IMG/VR virus record: IMGVR_UViG_3300045988_135432
Coordinates: 1 to 43,685 of that record
Reading direction: 5' to 3' (one strand)
Source of the DNA: a virus
DNA length: 43,685 nucleotides
Positions 40,393 to 43,685 of this stretch are shown piece by piece. A program made the translations under genes and the position numbers. The notes beneath the pieces are model-generated. The model was given only the letters and a program-made list of their open reading frames with translations, had not been told where the DNA came from and did no database searches. Within the stretch, counting starts at the first letter, position 1, and each line of letters starts with the position of its first letter.

Positions 40393-42168
40393 TCAGAATA
40401 CTCGTTTCTGCACCGAGACGATACCCCAGTTTCCGGTGGCAAGGTCCATGAGCTGTGCGAGCGAATCGGGCGCGTCGTCGTGGACGTTCTTGCCGAGTGA
40501 GACGAAGGAGCAGAGCCATTCGATGAACGAACGGTACTCCGGCGTCGAGTGATCGAAATCGAGAAAATGAATCTTCGCGATGTCCGGCGCATATTGGATG
40601 ATGCGGGAGAGCTTTGAGGCGTTGCCGGGCGCGCGGCGCGTCGAGATGTTGAGCGAGCAGCCTTTCGCGCGGAGCATTTCGTCGATTGCCTGCGCGTATT
40701 CGGTTCCGCCGTTGTTCGCCTCGAACTGTACCTGATGCGGGCGGTGGATAAGCAGCTTGCCGACCACTTCGGGCTGTGTGAATACCTTGTTCGCGTTCGA
40801 GAACACCACATCGACGCAGTACATTGAGCCGTCTCCGTACACATAGACGATAGGCATTGACAGATAGTCCTCGCCGCCCCACGCGACGTCGCAAGCAGCG
40901 ATAATGCGCTCCGGCGATCCGCCCGGCAGCACGCCGTTGTAGCGGAGCAGTGAATCCGGCGGAAAGACGAGACCCTGACGGACGTACGGAGCGCCCTGGT
41001 ACTTCGCACACCATGTGCAGTCGTCGATTGACGCTTTCATGTCGCGGTAGTATTCGGTCGAGAATCCGACGCCGTAGTCGTACTGGAAATTGGATTCGCC
41101 GTTCGCGTCGAGCGCGGGAATGACGGTGAAGCGGTATTCGGGATTGTCTCTGTACTGTTCGCGGACGCGCCCGAGAGGATCCATTACGTTCCAGCGCGTA
41201 CCGACCATCAACTGGAGCGCGCCGTCCTTCATACGGTCTTTCATCTGGTTCAGGTAGATGTTGTACTTCGCGTCGAGACGGGAGGGAGACAGCGATTCTT
41301 CGAGGTCTTTCACGAGGTCGTCGACATAGAGGATACCGTCGCGCGAGATGTCGATAGCGCCCGTCCATGTACCTTCCGCCGACCGGCAGGTCATTGTCGG
41401 GAAGCGCTTCGGGTGGTTGAGGTTGATCTGGAGGTACTTCGCCGACCGGCTTTCGACCTGCGCGTGTGGGAACACGTCGTGCCAGAGGTATTCGCCGTCC
41501 GGGTCGAGCACGGCGTTCAGCTCGCCGTAGAAGCCGTTCACGAGCGTGTCGGAGTGCCCGCCCATAGCGGACGCGTCGTCCGGATGCCGCCCCATGTGCC
41601 AGGTCAGGAAAAATATACAAATCGTGGATTTTCCCACGCGAGGCGGCATACTCACCCCGAGAAATTTAATCTTGTGCTCTTCGAGGTCTTGCAGATCGTT
41701 GCACAGCCCCATCAGAACGCTTCTTCTCGGCACCCAGAACTTCCGTGCCGGCTCTCTGTTCCATTCGACGTACTGCATATAGTGATCGAACGAGTGCGGC
41801 GCGAGCAGCAGGCAGACTTTCCGTTTCAGCTCATACCATTCCGGCGCGGCGGCTGTCTTCGCGGCGGCTGACCTCGCGAGCATACGGTTCACGACGTCGA
41901 AGAATTCTTTCCCTTTCGCCACCATGTAGGCGAGCTCTTCCTCGAACGATTCCGCCGAATTGTCCTGCGCGAGCCCCCTCAGCGCGTCGAAGTAGTCTTT
42001 CGCGACCGACAGACTGTCCGTTCCGTACGCCGCGATAGCCTCGCACAGCGCCACGCACTCCGGCAGCCGGTCGTTCCAGTTCTCAAATCCGGGAAGAACC
42101 GTTTTGTTCCCATTCTTTACCTTTTTTGATTTCTTCTTTCCAGTATCTTCACATGAAAAAGCGCCCAT
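40393..42168 (-). CDS. terL: Terminase large subunit
   Basis: Walker A PPRVGKST, Walker B ILYVDDLV, and C-terminal nuclease motifs (ACDVAWGGEDY, HDDAPDSLAQL). SD GAAGGAGA before the ATG at 42168. Confidence 0.92.
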   Translation of the reverse strand: MGAFSCEDTGKKKSKKVKNGNKTVLPGFENWNDRLPECVALCEAIAAYGTDSLSVAKDYFDALRGLAQDNSAESFEEELAYMVAKGKEFFDVVNRMLARSAAAKTAAAPEWYELKRKVCLLLAPHSFDHYMQYVEWNREPARKFWVPRRSVLMGLCNDLQDLEEHKIKFLGVSMPPRVGKSTICIFFLTWHMGRHPDDASAMGGHSDTLVNGFYGELNAVLDPDGEYLWHDVFPHAQVESRSAKYLQINLNHPKRFPTMTCRSAEGTWTGAIDISRDGILYVDDLVKDLEESLSPSRLDAKYNIYLNQMKDRMKDGALQLMVGTRWNVMDPLGRVREQYRDNPEYRFTVIPALDANGESNFQYDYGVGFSTEYYRDMKASIDDCTWCAKYQGAPYVRQGLVFPPDSLLRYNGVLPGGSPERIIAACDVAWGGEDYLSMPIVYVYGDGSMYCVDVVFSNANKVFTQPEVVGKLLIHRPHQVQFEANNGGTEYAQAIDEMLRAKGCSLNISTRRAPGNASKLSRIIQYAPDIAKIHFLDFDHSTPEYRSFIEWLCSFVSLGKNVHDDAPDSLAQLMDLATGNWGIVSVQKRVF

Positions 42169-42191
42169 GACGCCACTCTCCTTCAAGAAAT

Positions 42192-42208
42192 GGCGCTCTG
42201 GGCGCTCT
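42192..42208 (-). repeat. Tandem AGAGCGCC-C-AGAGCGCC (minus sense), 6 nt upstream of the terL SD
   Basis: ggcgctct at 42192-42199 and 42201-42208 on the plus strand. Confidence 0.85.
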
Positions 42209-42655
42209 AAGTATAGGGGTACGGTACTCCGTGCGGCGGGATGCCGGTACGGGATGGTGCGCGGGAATGCCCGCCGATAATTGCTGTTGTTGCTTGTTAT
42301 TCCGTGACCGCTTCACGCGGTCAGGTGAACGTTTGCGGCATCTGTTTGCTGTCTTTCCTTTGCGGAACAGCCGGTTGTGGCTCGGAGACTTAACACTGAA
42401 TCAGCGTTAAATCAGCGTTAAGTCAGCGTTGAACTTGCGCCGCGCTTGCTCATAACTTGCGCCAGTTTACGGTTTGTTTACGTATTGGTTAAAACTTACT
42501 TTGCGCCGGTTGGAACACGGTTCAAGCTAACTTGAAACTAACTTGAAACTAACTTGAACCTGACTTGGAACCCGGTTCAAGGCCGCCGCCCCGTTACACG
42601 TGTTATTGTGTTACGGTGTTACGGCTTGTTGGAGCTTGATTGAGTCTTGGTGGAA
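42209..42655. repeat. Non-coding mosaic of short tandem repeats and hairpins (pac/cos or recombinase-site candidate)
   Basis: (A/G)TCAGCGTT(A/G)A x3 (42399-42431), AACTTGCGCC x2, GTTTACG x2, CTAACTTGAAA x3 flanked by CGGTTCAAG x2 (42518-42581), GTGTTA(C/T) x3 (42599-42620, in ACGTGTTATTGTGTTACGGTGTTACGG). Hairpin TGACCGC ttcac GCGGTCA (42305-42323). Confidence 0.8.
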
Positions 42656-43443
42656 TTATTTCAGTATCGGCTCGTGGGCTCCGGGAACGTAGTCCATGCC
42701 GTCGCCGTATTTGTACAGCCCTTCGTATACAGGCCTGTTGTCACGGATGCTGCGAATGTTCGATTCGCGGAATCTGCCGCCTTTGCGGGTCTTGTACCCG
42801 GCGTCGGATATTGAATCCGCAATTTCCCACAGCGACTTCTTCGCGGCGAGACCGTCGAATACCATGCGGACAATGGGCTCTTCCGCCGGATTGATGACCA
42901 GCTGACCGTGTTCGACTTGGTACCCGTACGGAGCGCGCCCGCCGCTGTAGCCGCCGACTTTCGCTTTGCACTCGCGTCCTTTGCGCGTGCGGAGGGTGAT
43001 GTTTTTGCGTTCCTGCTCTGCCACGAACAGCATAAGCGACCGGTAAATGTTCGACAGCGCGTCGTCACTGTCGAAATGCTCGTTGACTGACAGCAGCTTG
43101 ATGTTCTTCTTTTCGAGTACGTACAGGTAGTAGAAGTACAGCTTCGTGTCTCTTGACAGCCGGTCGGTTTTCGCAATGATCACTGCTTCGTACGGCGGAT
43201 TAGTCATATCGTCGCCGTAGAGCAGTTCGTTCAGCGCGGGGCGGTCTTCCTTCACGCCGCTCACGCCGTCTTCTTCGTACCACTTCACGATTTTGTACCC
43301 GTTGTCGTTGGCGTATTGAAGTATCTGCGCTTTCTGCGAATCTATTCCGAAACGGTCATCCCCGGTCTGCCCATCGGTGCTGACGCGGACATACCCGACC
43401 GCGCTCTTGATTCTGTTGTCGTCGTTCTTGATTTCTTTCCCCA
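42656..43443 (-). CDS. Serine recombinase, short form (resolvase catalytic domain plus recombinase domain; no zinc-ribbon/coiled-coil C-terminus)
   Basis: AVGYVRVSTDGQ catalytic Ser motif, then GGRAPYGYQV...INPAEEPIVRMVF recombinase domain. Ends after 262 aa. SD AAGGAGAA before the ATG at 43443. Confidence 0.85.
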
Positions 43444-43569
43444 TGATTGTTCTCCTTGCATCTATCAAATTTCGCGGAACTGGCCGCCTTCGCCCTCCGC
43501 GCCATGTTCTTGCTCGCGCACCGCCGCCGGTCATACCAGCTCTCGTAGTCATTGCTTTTCGCTGTTACT

Positions 43570-43598
43570 ATTATACCACAAGTAAATGCGAATGTCAA
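43570..43598 (-). promoter_or_regulatory. Perfect consensus promoter TTGACA-17-TATAAT for the serine recombinase
   Basis: Reverse complement: TTGACA = 43598-43593, TATAAT = 43575-43570. The spacer carries the inverted 18-mer (43578-43595). Confidence 0.75.
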
Positions 43599-43610
43599 GT
43601 ACTTTTTTGA

Positions 43611-43685
43611 ATTTTTTTTGGTGGGGAGGGTCAACCGCGCCGCCTCCCCGGCAAATACACCCCCGGGGTACCCGCCGCGCCGGGG
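43611..43685. repeat. 75-bp terminal direct repeat, copy 2
   Basis: Identical to bases 1-75. Confidence 0.95.

Noticed and set aside
40364-41620. 418-aa minus-strand ORF and other long alternative-frame ORFs (39399..40337 +, 40287..41009 -, 28308..29420 -, 4488..5414 -, 8832..9737 +, 23346..24134 +, 7084..7938 +)
   Set aside because: All overlap well-supported genes (terL, portal, tail protein, helicase, exonuclease, endolysin, SSB/HNH) in other frames or strands. They are Arg/Pro/Gly-rich low-complexity translations without SD sites.
42656-43552. N-terminal extension of the serine recombinase ORF to 298 aa
   Set aside because: The extension is Arg/Gly-rich and has no SD. The ATG at 43443 has AAGGAGAA at the ideal distance, and the catalytic domain begins right after it.

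Overview
The window is a complete, circularly closing genome of about 43.6 kb (bases 1-75 are identical to 43611-43685). It belongs to a temperate, siphovirus-type dsDNA phage of a GC-rich Gram-positive, Clostridia-like host. Host clues are GGAGG-type Shine-Dalgarno (SD) sites, long ATGA/TTGA-coupled operons, and an attP built on a tRNA 3' end with encoded CCA.

Nearly all genes are on the minus strand.
- Late operon: terL (42168-40393), portal, a Mu Com-like zinc ribbon, scaffold, major capsid, connectors, major tail, frameshifted tail chaperones, tape measure, tail and fibre genes, and lysis genes (24502-22851).
- Lysogenic-conversion-type units lie at 22519-21269.
- Early operon (18210-2431): small HTH proteins, a run of Cys-rich small proteins, a C5 cytosine methyltransferase, two HNH homing endonucleases, a RecT plus PD-(D/E)XK exonuclease pair, SSB, an ERCC4-type nuclease, a CHC2 zinc-finger protein, a DUF927-like SF3 helicase and a GP3-type small-terminase-like protein.
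- Plus-strand genes are the lysogeny module (XRE repressor, membrane protein, tyrosine integrase, attP; 18676-21120) and a small accessory module (279-1707).

Most notable observations:
- A type I toxin-antitoxin-like mini-locus is embedded in the lysis-lysogeny switch. A second hydrophobic mini-gene has its own near-consensus promoter and terminator.
- A tandem AGAGCGCC motif recurs three times on the sense strand. It sits in the terL leader, in the terminator after the Com-like gene, and in the toxin-like leader.
- The C5 methyltransferase is circularly permuted: motifs I-II follow motif X.
- The terS-like gene is separated from terL by about 3.9 kb. That interval holds a truncated serine recombinase, twin divergent consensus promoters sharing an 18-bp core, and a 460-bp mosaic of tandem repeats.
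- Two iteron-like arrays are present (GGGGTAAC and ATAGTCGCT). The ATAGTCGC motif is strongly strand-biased across the replication module.

Functional calls rest on motif recognition by eye. No database search was possible.
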